Shown: positions 10,701-25,949 of the stretch, in pieces | How the letters are laid out: each line of letters begins with the position of its first letter | Numbering within the stretch: position 1 is the first letter of the stretch | The notes under the pieces: model-generated | The model's database searches: none | What the model saw: only the letters and a program-made list of their open reading frames with translations | What the model was told of the DNA's origin: nothing | Assembly: GCA_034780895.1 (NCBI GenBank) | Contig: JAUZTB010000107.1 | Span: 100,461,783 to 100,525,782, forward strand | Source: Rhynchobatus australiae | Lineage: Eukaryota | Direction: 5' to 3' | DNA: 64,000 bases | Translations under genes and position numbers: made by a program

Positions 10701-13669
10701 ACCTTTATTAGAAACCATGGTTATGAGACTACAAATGTTTTGCTAGGTTATCTGTTTCCCTCAAATTCATTTCCACCACATACCAGGATGTCTGTGGCAA
10801 TGTCCACAAGTGTTTTGGTTACTTAAAACTAATCTTCGCATCGCTGTCTGTCAAATTGTGCAACTGTCTCAAAGTCTTTGTTCTTCAGAACTGAGGTAGA
10901 CGTGGACACTTGGTGCTGAACTTTGGCACATCAGGAGGTAAAAGCAATTTCGATCTGCACATTAAGCAACTTTGTTTTGGCTCTGGATTTCATTGTTCTG
11001 GAGGCACTTGGTGCACAAGGTTGACAAAAGGCAACATAACCAGGGCAGCATGTAGAAGGGAAGGTAAACCAAAAGAATGAGAATGGTATGAAGTTGGTTT
11101 TGAGAGAGTTCCAGAGAGTAACGATCATAGAGCTCCATCAGAAAGCCTGGTTCAAAACCTTTGAGAGATTTGTTTAGATTCATTGCACTGGACAGACATT
11201 ACTAGGGATTGTGGCAGTTGGTGAGTAAGGATAATTGTAGCGAAGGTTTTGAAAGTATTTGAGAACCTAAGCTAGAGTAATCCATATGTTGTAAAACTTA
11301 ATGTGTTGTAATTGGCTGAACATACTGAATTCAAATATATGAATGAGCATTACAACACCAGACAAGATGACAACAGATTGGTTTTGTCTCTGACATTGCA
11401 AGGAGTTTGCTGTTTAAAACATGGCAATGACTATTTTGTCTTCCTGGCTTTGTCAATTTTTAAATATCAAATCCCCTGCAATGAGGATTGAAAATTACTT
11501 TCGAGAACTGATTTGTAGTAGGAACTCTAAGAGTGACTGCATCAGGGAATTGGGGATTGTAGAACGATCTGAAATATTAACCTAAGCTAGTCTGTTCTGT
11601 CTGAGAATAGTACAAATTAATCCCAATTGTATGCTCATGTTTGTACATTGCCCCTTCATCAGAATGTAGCCAGCATGATGAGCTTCGACCTTCTACTAGT
11701 TGCACTGATGTATGTGGCAGAAGTTAAATAACATTTTTACGTGAATTTCCAGAGTGAAATATGGCACCCGACAATTTCAGTTATTATTTGGCTCTTGCCT
11801 TCAGTCAATAAATTCTGCATGTTTAGATGAACTCTTCTGAACCCACAAGTTGTTGGATGAAAAATGACATGTAGACATTTGCAAATTGATAAGTTTTGAT
11901 TGAAAGCAATTCTGTTATTGCTGCCTCAAGCCATTTCCAAAATGGTATTGGAATGGGTAAGTTTTTGAAACTTAATTAGAGGAATCCTCTAAGTAGGATA
12001 AGCCCAAAGCTGGACTTCCAGCAGACTTGAGTGTTGCCATTTTGCTGCAGTCTTAGTTTGAAGTTGAGGCAAATTTTCAGACTGCAGAGATGTTGTAAGT
12101 CATTTGGAAGGTTACTAAATGTAGTATGTTCAGCTAGTTATATTACTCTTAAAGTTGTGTCAATTTGAAGCTAGTATGAAGCCACATTTGATTTTGCTGT
12201 GCATGTCATTTCTCAGGAGGTTCATTTATTAACGTTTTACACTGCTCACCATTACCTGAGAAACAATTCAGATATGGCACTTGTACTTCAGGCTAGAATC
12301 TCTGACATCCTTTTGTATTGCATGTCTACAGATCAATGATTAAACATAGTTTCTTCGTGGTCTTTGTTGCTTTGTACCATTTATTGCATTAGTCTCCAGC
12401 CTATTTAATAGTCTGGATTTTTAAACTAATCCAGATCTGAAGAATCTCAACAATATCCCAGTGGTAGAAATTGGAATACTGGGCTGTTGCTGTTAGAAAA
12501 AAATTAATTTAAAGTAGTCGTCTATAGGTTCATTAGATTTTGTCAAATGTATAATGCCACTGTCTGAATCCTTCATTTGGGTGCATGGTATTAGTCTGGA
12601 TTTGGTCATTTACTATTTTGAAATGTATAACATGAATATGTTGAACGACACCTGGTATTCCTGTTAGGTATTTGGTTTAGAGTTGCAAAAGGTGTTGTAG
12701 CTCAGGGCAACAGTACTGTAGTATGCTGTGACTTTGTCCTTTTCTGTATCTGTTCTCTTCCTGCTCAGCTATTGCAATGTGCAGCTCTGTGTGAGTACAG
12801 TGTCCAATATGTGCAGAAAAGCAAGTGCAGATTGGGTGAGAAAGACGCATTTGTTATTATAGTTTCTTAAAAGTATTTTCAGAGTTACCTGAAGTCCCAG
12901 CAAGACTTCAGTGTACAAGAACAGCTTAATGAACTTCTCCATTTTGGCTTGGTGAATTTAAATTGAAGGATACTTAACTCATTGAGCAAGTATGTAGTTT
13001 ATTTAATGAACATTCAAATCATTGAGGTGTTTACTGGGCGGCTAGCTTTCTTTGCTAGAGCCAATAGAAAGAATAGTGGTTCTTCAGTCTGGTATTTCAT
13101 GTGCAGAACAAAAATTTGGTGATTCTTTGTTCTGAATTGTTACTGGTTGGTCATCATTGTAAATGGGCTATAACATTTATCACAGGGTCTGATTTTGTTT
13201 TTGAAATTGAATATAGGCTGTCTTTTGAATTTAGATGTTTTACACTGGTTTTGATTTTTCTGCACAAAAAGTCATAGTGGGACCTCTGGGACTACAGGAG
13301 TAGTAAAATAACTAATGGTGCAAAGTTACTTTGGGCTAGTGTATTTGCAGATCTTCAACACTAATTGCAAATGCATTTAAAGTAGAATTCAAGTTGAAGA
13401 TAAATTATTATGTTTATGTCCCCCACTAGTTGAATTTGGAAAAGATAAAGTAGCAATTTGAATGGGAAAGAGGAAGAAATGATATAGCCCAACTGGCGCC
13501 AGACTCAGTAAAAAGTGAGTGCTTGGCAAGTCGTATAATTGCAATGCAATTTAAAGAATTCAGGGGTGTTGTGCTGTTATCTTTGCATGTCACACTTTGA
13601 ATATAGTGTCTGCCATGATTAAGATTACCATGATTCAAGAGGTGCATTTAAAGCCTGGATGGAGTACAG

Positions 13670-14130
13670 TGGCAACAACTTGTATGTATTTAGCGCCTTT
13701 AATGTAGTAACGTCCCAAGATGCTTCTCATGAGCATTATCAAAAAAAGTTGACAGAGCCGCTTGAGGAATTGGGTAAGGACCAAAAAAACTGGGTCAAAG
13801 AGTGGCAGCATTTAAACGAAGCAGAAGGATTGGGAAGGTAATTGACAACTGAAGGCACATGTCTGATGGGAACAGTTAAATTCGGTGATAATCAAGTGCC
13901 ATGGATGGAGGGGTGCAATTATCCCAGAGGATTGTGGATCTGGAGAATGCTGGAGAAATGTAAGGGTTAAGGATGGATTTGAACATAAGTGGGAATTTTC
14001 ATCTTGAGCATTTGCTCAATCAGGAGCAAATGTAGAATAAGCAAGTACATGGATGACGGTTGAATGGGATTTGGTATGTGTTAGGACACAGACAGCTGAG
14101 TTTTGGATGTCCTTGGGTTTATAAGGGAAA
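13670..14130 (-). mobile_element. Ancient L2-like LINE 3' end
   Basis: Begins CAACAACTTGTATGTATTTAGCGCCTTTAATGTAGTAACGTCCCAAGATGCTTC, resembling the reverse complement of an L2/Deu-SINE-type tail; purine-rich decayed body follows. Confidence 0.55.
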
Positions 14131-16746
14131 AACCATGAAGCTAATTAGAGAATTAAAAAAAAAATGAATACACTGGGTTGTTTAATACTTGGCCAAATGG
14201 AACCTTTTTTAAACAAAAGTATATCTGAGATCAAATTGTGTAGGAAAGCTAAATCCAATAAATTATGTGGAAGTCATGTTCAGACTAGTGAAGGGCAAAC
14301 TAAAGGCTGATGGTTTTATTGTGGAGAGAATTAATGCTTGGAATTGCAGTTTAAGGTAGTGAAGTCCATTTGAATACAAGGATTTTTGATGTGGATGAGC
14401 TAAGCTTTCCTTATCCATTGTTATCCTGTTTTTTAAAAAAAAATTGTGATCATGTCTGGGTTCAAGGTTTTCCCATGCTCTGCAGTACTTGCTGTACTCT
14501 GCCTCCCTGTTGCATCTGCAATGCAGCTTGAACTCTGTATGCTGCTTTTTTTTGGCTGTATTTTTGATGCTGTTTAAAACTGAACCAAAGGTAGTGTTAG
14601 GTAATTTCAATCTTGCTTTTGTATAATCCGTGTAGGAAAAGTGTGAATAGTATTCATGCCATCAATAACATAAAATTATTACAAAATGTTGGGACATTTC
14701 AACATAGTCTTTTGTTTCTAGTACTGATTAATGTTTCTTCTATATGAACCCCACTGGAAATTGTCCAGACAGTGTGAAAAAACAGAATTGATGGACTTGA
14801 ATCACCTCTCGACATTGATTCATCCTTGTTTCTTGCTCAGACACTGTAAATCTTTATTCCTCCCCTTTTCTATTCCCAAATTAAGTAATCATTACCAGAA
14901 TTTGATAAATTATCAGTGGCTGTATGTTGCATTTCAATAGAAAACATTCAGCAAAAGTATTTGAAATATGCAAGAACCATCATACCAGGTAATTTTCTTC
15001 CTTTCCACTGCCCTAGCATAAACTTCCCCAAGGTGAGGAAATAGTGGCACAAAAATTATTGTGCAATGGAAACTCAGACTTCTGGAGATGAAGAATGTTG
15101 GTTTGGAGATGACTGGTTGGTTTCCTGTCTTTTGGAAGTACCTTTCAGAATCAGTTGTTTAAGATGAGAAATTCCAAAACATTTGCACCTTGTCCTTTAC
15201 CATTGTTTATGTAGATTAATGCATTTTATGAACATAAATGGAAGAATATAAAAATCTGTAAAATAACATCTATGATATATTTCTCTTTTTTTTCATGGTT
15301 CCTGCTGACGTTCTCTAAATCAATTTTTTAAAAATATCCTATTCTGCAGTATGGCTAAATCCAAGACAATTTTTTTCCCCTGTGAAGTTCCAATCATTAT
15401 TAAAATGTATACGTTTTCAATCCTCCTGTCTTTTTAAACTTAAGCTATCATCAGATGAATCTGTGTTCTAACTTCTATTTAGTTTAGTATCATACCTCAA
15501 AGCATCTTAACTACACGGAATTGCTTTGATATCCAAAATAACAGAATGAGGTATGTTTTCTTAATTTTCATTGAGAGACTAATGTTGACTGGGAGCATAT
15601 TCCTTGCTCTTGTTGGAACAAATGGCAAAGGATCTTTGCATCCAATTGATTGAGTGGATATGACCTGGGTGTTCATCCATAATGGCAGGTTTGCTCTGGC
15701 CAGTCATAAATTAATCTAAAATTGCAATGATATATTTGTAACAGGAACCTCGCCGTGATTCCATTGCAGCATTTGATTTGGGCATTTCCTCCATTTGTTC
15801 TTCCATTGTGCATCTTGAACAGGGACTTTGTGCCTTAATTCCTTATCATTCCTCAACTGTTTGATCTAATCCTTCACCTGATCCCTTCTACACAGTGCTT
15901 CCGTTTGGTAGAACTAACTAAATAGTGGCAAAGATTACACTTCCTACTGCATGTTGAAGGCAACCCACTGTGCATCTCCCTTGCCTCCTCCAAGAACCTA
16001 TGTGCTGTCTCATTGCCTATCTGACACTTAAGTCATACATAAACTAAAGCTTCAACTGAACATTGGGTATCCAATATTATTTCTCTACTTGTGTAGAACC
16101 TATATGGATAATTTCCTTTTAAAATAATTCCTGCCTAATCTTATTATAAATCAGATTTTAATGGGTGGACATTTTGTATTGTTGCTCTGTGGGAAATGAT
16201 GGTAGCTGACTGCTTATTACCAAATATAAACATGAATGTTACCAATAATGTTCTGCAAAAGCCAGGTTAAAACTGAGAGCTTCTTAGTGGTACTTTTTCC
16301 CGTCAAGATGAAGATGAATGTGCTTTAATGACCTTTACTTGCAGTCAAGCATCTTTTTTAGGATGGAGTTTAGAAGAGAAGTGTTCCTGCATCAGTGTCA
16401 TGGGATCAGTACGAAGATTAAGCTCCTTGACAAAGAAGGGGTAGAAACTTCTGTTTCATTTTCTGTGTTACATTANNNNNNNNNNNNNNNNNNNNNNNNN
16501 NNNNNNNNNNNNNNNNNNNNNNNNNNNNNNNNNNNNNNNNNNNNNNNNNNNNNNNNNNNNNNNNNNNNNNNNNNNNNNNNNNNNNNNNNNNNNNNNNNNN
16601 NNNNNNNNNNNNNNNNNNNNNNNNNNNNNNNNNNNNNNNNNNNNNNNNNNNNNNNNNNNNNNNNNNNNNNNNNNNNNNNNNNNNNNNNNNNNNNNNNNNN
16701 NNNNNNNNNNNNNNNNNNNNNNNNNNNNNNNNNNNNNNNNNNNNNN

Positions 16747-16955
16747 GGGGGAGATTTTAACACTGCAGCAGGTGCCTGAAACACCTGCCAGAGGAGGTGG
16801 TTAAAACGGATACAATAGCAACATTTAGACAGGCGCATGAACAGGCAGGGGATAGAGGGATACAGACAATGTGCAGGCAGATGGAATTAGATTGGCATCA
16901 TGGTTAGTACAGACATAGTGGGCTGAAGGGCCAGATCCTGTGCTGTACGGTTCTT
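16747..16955 (+). mobile_element. CR1 LINE 3' end
   Basis: TGGAA-like...CTGCCAGAGGAGGTGG...CAACATTTAGACAGGCGCATGAA...GGGCTGAAGGGCC...TGTGCTGTA; homologous to 53680-53870; left side is an N gap. Confidence 0.75.
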
Positions 16956-18199
16956 TGTTAATCCATATATATTAATCTGTTGTTTAGGATTAATTACAGC
17001 AATAAAACACTTTGAAAACTTACAGAACTGACTGGCCCTGGAAGACTTCCATTTCTTGGAGCTCCCAGCAGTCTTATTACAGTGTTTATATTTTAAGTCC
17101 ATAGGAAGGATGTGCATTAGTCATTGGGTTTAACCACTGCTGTAGAAATTTCCTTGGGTACTTCCCCTTCTGAGATCTTAGGCTAAGAGATTTCAATGAG
17201 ATTTTTTGTTATGTTTTATGTTGAAGGAGAGATTGGGGAGAAGTGTGTAAAGAGGAATGGGGTTTCCTACTTCCCTGTAAGGAAGGGCCACTAAACTAGG
17301 GTTGTCTTGTGAAAAAAGGACGTCCACAGTCTAGTCACCCTTACAAGGCTAAACTTGGATGCACTGGAATATACAGTGCTAGGGACTGAAGCATAAAATT
17401 CTCTAGTGGCATGGAGAGGATGCTCCCTGTTGTGGGACAATCTAGAACTAGGAATCACTGTTTAAAAATATGGGGTCGCCAATTTAAGCTGAGGCAAAAT
17501 ATTTTCTGTCAGTCTCTAGAACTCTGCTCCCAACATTCTTTTAGGAACAGAGTCTTCAAATATCTTTCAGACAGAAGTGCATTGATTCTTATTAAGTGAA
17601 AGGTTATTGCAGGTAGAAGGGTATATGTTAAGATTATAATGAAATTAGCCATAATCTTATTAAGTGGGAGCTTAAGCTCACGNNNNNNNNNNNNNNNNNN
17701 NNNNNNNNNNNNNNNNNNNNNNNNNNNNNNNNNNNNNNNNNNNNNNNNNNNNNNNNNNNNNNNNNNNNNNNNNNNNNNNNNNTATTAAGTGGGAGCTTAA
17801 GCTCAAGGATCCAGCTGGTTTCTCCTTGTTCCTAATTCATATATTTGTATTTTGAATTTATGTTGTTTCTGCCTTCAGAAGACTATCAGTGTATAGATGA
17901 ACACCGTTGGATAGATTTCTGCTGTATTGTGAATTTAATTCTAATACTAAATGTTATATTGAGGTTGTCTTTGGTCATGTAATGCTTATAAGTTTCCCAT
18001 GATCAGATGGCAAGTAACTCTCCAAACTAAAAGGCTCTAATTTAATATTTTATCATATCAACTGATCTTAGTCAGTTTGGGAATCAATTCATCAAAGTTA
18101 ACGTGATTTTCTGTTCCTATTTGTTACCCAGTCACCCTGGTAACAATGTGGGTTTTACTGACATTGTTAGATGAAGAAGAAATTGCATTTAGCCTTACT

Positions 18200-19190
18200 T
18201 GTGACACTCCATTCTCCTAGCCTGCTGACAATGTGACTTTGAGGGAAGTCTGCAGGTGGTGATGTTCTTGTCCCATCTGTTGCCCTGGCCTTCATATTAG
18301 AGGTTGCAGGTTTGAGAGGTGCTGTCAGAGTATTCTGGATGAGTACCTGCAATAAATTTTATAAATGGCACATCCTGCATCAACTGCATGCTGAATGAAG
18401 GTTGTGGATTGTTGGTGGAGTGCCAGTCAGGAAGCCTGCTTTATCAGGAAGAGCTGCTTGAGAAAAGTTGGTGCTGGATTCATCCAGGACAGTAGCGAGT
18501 ATTCCATTCACTCTTTGTAGATTGTGGAAAAGCCTTGAAGTGCCGGATTGTCATGAGGTGAGTTGCCTGCAGCAGGAAACTTGGCTACTGATCTACTCTT
18601 GTGTGCTTCTGGAGAGTAGCCCCCCTGCCCACCATCCCCAGCCCCTTCAGGGTTATTGTTGGTGAAGGACTTGGTGGTAATGCTATAGAATGTTGATGGT
18701 AGGTGATTAATCACTTGTTAGAGATGTGGACAAATGTTACGTACTAATCAGCCTGTGCCTGAATGTTGTCTAGGTCTTGCGGCATGAGGTATCAGCTGCT
18801 TCATTTACTGTGAACTGGCAAATGGAATTGAACAATGTGCAGTCAGCAGCAAACTGTCCCACTCTCACCTTATAATGGAAGGTCATTGATGAAGCAGCTG
18901 AAGATGATTGGGTCTGAGATGTTTCTCGGAGGAACTCCTGCAGTGATATCCTGGGGCTGAGTTTATTGACTTTAAACAACTACAGCCATTTTCCTTTATG
19001 CAAGGTTTGGCTCCACCCTCTGGAATATTTCCCTTTTGATCTTCATTGACTTCAATTTTACTGGAGTGCCTTGATACTACACTTGGCTAAATGCTGACTG
19101 ATGTCAAGGGCAGTCACTCCTACCTTCAGAATTCTGCTTTTTTTTTCTGTTTGGACCAAGACCGATGCAATCTGGAGCCATGTAGTCCAG
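18200..19190 (-). mobile_element. Decayed CR1/L2-clade LINE with RT remnants
   Basis: Minus strand at ~18830-18960 gives DITAGVP...PIIFSCFINDLP and GQFAADCTLFNSI, degenerate forms of the GVPQGS..LGP and FADD RT motifs, with frameshifts. Confidence 0.7.
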
Positions 19191-19194
19191 GATG

Positions 19195-19610
19195 GTGAAT
19201 TAGTTATTGTCACGTGGTCTAATGTACAGTGGAAAAACTTTTTTGCATGCCATCCATACAGATCATTTCATTAAAATAATGCATTGAGGTAGTACAAGAG
19301 AAAGCAATAACAATGCAGAGTAAAGTGCTACAGTTGCAGAGAAATTGTCTGCCTGCACTGCCTAAGGTGCAAGACCATGACAAGGTAGACTGTGAGGTCA
19401 GGAGTCCATCTTATTGTATTAGGGGACTGTTCAATNNNNNNNNNNNNNNNNNNNNNNNNNNNNNNNNNNNNNNNNNNNNNNNGGGGGGGGGGGAAGAGAG
19501 AATGCCCGAGGTGGGTGTTTTGATTGTTGTCCGGTTTACTGAGGCAGCAAGAAGAGTAGACAGTCCATGGACGGCTGGCTGGCTTCTGTGAAATGATGTG
19601 CTGAGCTATA
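19195..19610 (-). mobile_element. Rex1/Babar-like LINE 3' region
   Basis: TTATTGTCAC...TACAGTGGAAAAACTT...CATGCCCATCCATACAGATCATTTC tail; similar in style to other LINE tails in the window; interrupted by a gap. Confidence 0.55.
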
Positions 19611-22600
19611 TGGATGGAACATGATCTGGGAATTGGTGAATAAGTGTTGCTTGATGGTGTTAAAAGCACTTTCTATCACTTTGGGAGTACACTAGTTTGT
19701 AATTGGCCATTAATCAGCTAGCACAGGCCTGATGGGTTGAAGAGGCACCTGTATTGTGTGGTTTTGTAGCAGAAATGGTACATGGTTTTGGTCATCATAG
19801 ACCAAGGTTGAAATATCAGTAACTCTGCATGCCTATTGAGAACCGAACCATTTGAGCTTACCTCTAGTACCACCAGAGGAGCTCCTGGATATTTGGGCTT
19901 TAGTAGTGGTACTGACCACTAATGAGCAAGACAAAAAAAAACCGTTGTAAGCAGGGAGTGCTGCCTTTTGGATAGTCAAAGTTGGAAAAATGTATTTGTC
20001 TTTTTAACTTGTAGCAAGATAAATATGTTTCAGTTATGAAGCCAATGACCCTGATTTCTCTCACATTTCGCTGCTACCCAGACTGACTAACTTCTCTTTT
20101 TCAGGTTTGAAGGGTCACTTTTCTCCCCCCAGTATGTCTGACTAGCATTTTCCACTTTGTTTTTATATCATGTTAGCTTAGTTTTTTAATCCTACTCTTG
20201 TAAGTCTAGCCTGCTGTGCAGATCCCACCATCTTGCGAATACTACCATTAAGCTCATCCCGTCACAGACGTGCCCTTTGTTCTACACATCTGTTCCCACC
20301 TTCTCTCCTACTGAACACCTTTCCCAGTTCTGACAAAGAATCACAGACCTGAAACTTTGACTATTTCTCTTTCCACTGATGCTGACCCACCTGCAGAGTT
20401 TTTCCAGCCTTGTATTTGTTTCCGATCTCCATTTGCAGTTTTTTTGACTTTCACTCTGATTTCTACAACTTAAGTGCATAAGTCACTGGTTTTCATTAAT
20501 GGAGTGATATAAATATAACTGCAGGTTTTTTGTATTAAGATGTTAATGTACTAGAATTTATAGGCATGGTTATGTACCATTAATCATACAGGTCTTCTCT
20601 GCAAATTAATTTTGAGCTTGCTTTGTTCACCTGTGATCATATTCTCACAATCTTGCATTTGAGGCTGCATAGCCCAGAGAGTGGGGGGAAAACCCTAATC
20701 ATGATGTGTCCTGATTTATGACATGATGCTGTTGAATTTCTTCTCAAATTTAAAGGTAGGCCTTTAGCTTTNNNNNNNNNNAGACTAGTGTAAACCCACC
20801 ATGGTAGTGTGGTAATTTCATTAGTCTGCCAGTGCTCAAATCTGACTCCACATTACATTATCATGTCCCAATGTAAAAATGCTGCATAGCCTCTACAAAT
20901 GAGCAATAAGATCTACAGAAATTATTTATGGTAATTTTCTGCAATGGGGACCTCAAGCAAATTTAGTATCTATGGATGTTTGTTAGTCTATTCTGCTGAG
21001 GGTTGCTGGCCAAAGGTTTGATATTTAATTCAAGGATATCAAATTCAAGAATATGTAACATTTGACGTATCAGCAATACATAATATAAACATGGAGGTTT
21101 TGTCTCTTCTGAATTGTTTACTCATGGAGTACTCGTTCTTTCCAGTAAGTAGTGGTTGAAGACCAATTATCACTTCTCTCCTCCATACAAGAAGAGAAAT
21201 GTATGCTGTTCCAGTGGAGGAAAACCTTTTGTCTGTCTAAACAATCTTAACAAGACCAAATTACATTTTTGGAAACTGCAGTCTTGTGGTTTCTAAAATT
21301 ATTTTTATCACATAATTGTGCTACTGACCATCCTTTCCAAAATACTAATTCACTTTTGTTTCTTTGTGTCTTAGGCTGCTTGTTTTGTAATATCTTCTCN
21401 NNNNNNNNNNNNNNNNNNNNNNNNNNNNNNNNNNNNNNNNNNNNNNNNNNNNNNNNNNNNNNNNNNNNNNNNNNNNNNNNNNNNNNNNNNNNNNNNNNNT
21501 TCACCAAGGAGAGGGGTCTTGATGACACTGAGTACAGTGTTGGTACAGTTAAGTGTGTATTTATGTGGAGCTGATCCATTTATTAAAAACATTCTTTTTG
21601 ATAACCAAACAGTAGCTTAGTGCTTACGTTTGAAGTATGGATTTATTATGTTTTGCAAAATCCCCCCTCAATGAATTCTTGGTATGCAAAAAGAATGATT
21701 CATGTCCCATTGAAAGATTTGGTTGCAGGCAAAGTTGTGTTTAAAACTCTATTTTGCAAGTTATGAACATTGAAAGTTCTTTGAAGATAGTGGCAAACAG
21801 TTCTCAATGCATAAGAACAGGAAAAGCGCATGGGATCAGGAGTAGGTTATTCAGCCCTTCTGTTGTGCCATTCAAGTTTTGGATGAGTGATCCTAGTGAA
21901 AATCTAATCTAACTTTAACAATGTTCTGAATCTTTAGAAAGTCACATTCCCAATTTCCATTATCCATGTACAAAAATGATTCCTAAAGGTTTAGCTAAGA
22001 CTGTGTGCCCCTTGTCCTAGATTTCGTCTGCTGTGGCCCCTCCCCAATCACAATTGGATCCCTTCATCCTAACTTAAACTCTAGGCAATTTACAACCTTA
22101 TGAAGCATGCCATGAAAACTTAACCTTTTGATCTCTGGTGTTATTCCCTGAAAAATGTGCATATTATTGCATGCAGTTAAGATTTACAGTCTCACTTTGA
22201 TTTGGATTTGAAGCAGGGTGCTAATTGGGAGCCAAGGACTTGATCATATAGCATTGCTGGTTTATGCAGGTGGAAGCAGTGTTGAATTGTTGTCCCGAAA
22301 TATTAGTTGCATTATGACTGTAAAACTGTCCTTGTATCTTGAGAGCACAGACAATCTGAAATTGCATTTGTGTTATAGCCCCCAACTCAGAATTAGTCAT
22401 AGAGCTATACAGCATGAAAATGTGCCCTTTGGTCCATACATTGCTAAACCTTTTGCACTTGAATTTTGTCAGGATATTGAGGTTGATGCATTTGAGGTGT
22501 AACAATCTTCCTGATGTTCAGAACACATGTCTAAAGCAGATGTTCACTTGTAGTTTATAACAGCTGAACTGATAAATACAATTTTGACTCAATGCAAAGA

Positions 22601-25600
22601 AATTGATAAGATTTTTTTAAAGGATGAAGTATAGACCTTGAGGTACCCTTAAGCCTCCCTTTCCCCAAGACTGTGGTTAACCCTGTCCATCTTGTATTCA
22701 CTCACTCAACCTGTTACTTTGATAGATTTCTGGACTCCAGAAGAATCGATCATAATCTTGAATATACTTTGAATGTCTACTGCCTTTATGGAGCTGGGAA
22801 TTCCAGAGATTTGTAACTTCCCCATTTTGGCCCTCATTGGATAACCACTTAATCTAAGACCATCTCCCCAAGTTCATGAACCCAAACCTGAGGGAATGGT
22901 CTCTTGTACCCCATCAATTCCTTTCCGAATTCCATGGCTGTGAGGACAAGGCTTTCTTACTCCATCTCTCCACACAGAATGTGCCCCTCATCATACATTA
23001 TTTTCTATACCACTTCACTTTCTTGCACAAGAGTAAAACATCAAGAAATTATTCAGTGTACTATATACTAAACTGAATCACATTAAGGAATTGTGCCCAT
23101 AATTATTTTTAGGTTATTTGTTGCTATAATCTAATCATTCTTGAAACTAAAATGATTGTGACACTATTGAAAATTCTGAGCTAGATTCTCACAAGCCATT
23201 TTAAATGGCAGGTGCATCACTTGCACATTTAAGCTGTAAGTAAACTTCCATATCTGGCCTATAAGATTTCATTTCAACCAGGTGCTTGCTATATTTGAAT
23301 TGCTTCATAATTTTGTGGAGGTCTTATCCAGTGTCATAACCATGTGCAAAGGCATTAGTTATTCACATTCTTGACTGATTGACCCAAGTTGCTGGCTTTG
23401 TACAATCATTCTATTTTTAAAAGCAATGATGTGCATGGATGAGAAAGAAAATCGAGACTAAATTCAGTACCACTGAATCATAATGTTCAAGGAGGATCTG
23501 ATTTGAAATGTTATCTGGCTTGTTATTCCCACACACATCCTGACCCACTCAATGTTTTCAGCATTTTAAATGCAAGTATCAGCCTCTGCAGCTATTAATT
23601 GTCGATTCTTGAATCTGTCTCGGAATGCACTTCATTTTGTGTACTACTCTTACAAAAAGTAGGTAGGCTGAGGAAATGACAGTCTACTTGTAAGAATGGT
23701 TTCCTGGGGAAGTGGATTCATTAGCTTTACTTTTATGCTGAGAGGCACATTTTTCACTCTGATAAGGTGACTGAGAAAGTACTTTCCTCTCCTGTTCAAT
23801 CCATGCACCTTTTTTAGATGTATATGTGTATATATTAGATCAGCCAAAATGACTATATAAAGCCCTTTTCCTAGTACAGTTTTGACTTCTGCTTGCTCTA
23901 AATTTGAACCTGCTGAGTAGAATATTTTCTGGAAAAGTCATGTGAGAAAAATGGTCCTGGCCATAATGAAAGTTGTAATGAGGAAATGGGATGGTTTTAA
24001 CAGGGTAACTCTTTAAAACTTGTTCTGTTTGGTGACTTAAATTTTTCATCAGTTCTAATTGTTTGTTGCAGTGGCGCTTGTCATTCAAGTTAGTTTAATG
24101 AATCTTGGAGCTCCAAATATCTAATTGATTAACATGTAATAATCATGTCTTGTGAATTGTATTGGATCTTGTATTCATATTGTGTATTTTGTGTGTATTT
24201 GCAATCATTCTGGATGTGGGCAGAAATGAAATGAGGTTCAGTATAAATCTTGGGATTGCCTTATCTCACAACCAGGAAGTACACGGAGAAATACTCAAAG
24301 TTAGTATTGCATTATTTAATTCTCTTCTGCTTCATCAAAAAAGTGCAAAAATAAAATGTTCTGGGTAGTCACCTTGCCCAATTGCCTAAATTGACTATAA
24401 GATTAATTGCAATGATGTGTTCCTGCATTTTAGATACCACCTCTAGGCCTCAAGCAGGCCCTTCACAATCTCTTGTTTTTAAAAATTGACCGTATGTGTG
24501 TCTTGTCCACATCTTTGTTTCCAGCTTTCAGGAAAATTAGTTTCCCCTCTAGATGGGAAATCAACTATAATTGTCAATGGTACAGTCTGTCCATACTTAG
24601 AAGTTCCCTTTGTCCTGTACCTATTTCCAAATTGAATTTGGTATGTCTCTAGCTTGAAACAGAGCATGAGCCCCTGTGTTCCACAAATGGCTTCACATAT
24701 GCCTCCAGCTTTCTGAAATGAAGTGTTGAAATTTGCTTAATCTGAAAGTGTGCTTAGGCACCACTGAATCCCAAAGTAATTTTCATGAAGAAAAAACATT
24801 CAAGAAATTTCAGGCAATAATTCCATGTTGAAATGTTTATATAGGATTAAAATTTCTTATTTGAAATTGGTAGGTTGAATAATTGGGCTAACAATAAAGG
24901 AAATTTCCAATTGGGATTTTGGAGCTTTCAACTGATTTTGTTTATAAACTGGTTTTTAAATCTTGTACCTGCTGTAGACAATTGAGTTTGGAAAAAGTTT
25001 GGTTTTTCATTGCAGAAATGGAAGATAAGGCATGTGATGAGTTGGTTGTTAATGGCATTGCATGTAATCAAGAATAACCGGTGTTTGAAGTAGCAAGTGC
25101 AATGGGGTGACCTTGCAAAGGACACCTATAGAGAAGATGGAAAGGTTNNNNNNNNNNNNNNNNNNNNNNNNNNNNNNNNNNNNNNNNNNNNNNNNNNNNN
25201 NNNNNNNNNNNNNNNNNNNNNNNNNNNNNNNNNNNNNNNNNNNNNNNGTTATGAAATCAGATCAGTGGAGAAAATTGTGATCAGGGTTGAAATCACCATA
25301 GACAGAATTGCTAAGTTGAAAAAAAGCAAGAGGGAAATCAGAGATTCTGGAGTATGGTAGTGAATGAGGATTTTAAAGCACACCCAAAAGGGATTGAACA
25401 TTAAGTATTTAATGAAGATGGTACAGGTTGAAACTGTGGTCTGGCACCCTTGGGACTTGACTGGTGCTGAATCACAAATTGCCCCTGATCATCATCCTCT
25501 GAGCAAGAGAGCTGTTTCTTAAAGTATAGATACTCCCTGGGTCACAAGGTCAGAGGACTGTCCATAACGTGAAGTTTCTGTAAATTGGAAAGCTGTCGGC

Positions 25601-25949
25601 TGAGTTTGCAAAAGTTGCATTGGTAGTTTAATTAGCTACAGATTACTACAGAACTTAGTTAGAATTAGTTAATTAGTATAAATCTGTACTACAGCTTCAA
25701 AACATGCCCAACCATGGGAGATGCTGAACCATGGGGATTTGAAGCTAAATGTAGGAAATGAGGATGTTCACTGGTACGAAATACAGAATCTTGTAAACAG
25801 CAAGCACATTCATTGGTATTCAAAGGATGTTGGTGTATATAGAACAAGTTAGAAAGAAAATGTTACATTGTCTGTTATTTCAAGGGGATTTACCCAAAAG
25901 AGTGAGCAAGTCATTCTGAATTTGTCCTTTGAGACTTTAACTAGGCTAG

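Noticed and set aside
17658-17805. 23-bp direct repeat flanking a 100-N gap
   Set aside because: Same pattern at 26107-26278, 34567-34680 and 49389-49516: overlapping contig ends around placeholder gaps, an assembly artefact rather than TSDs or CRISPR repeats.
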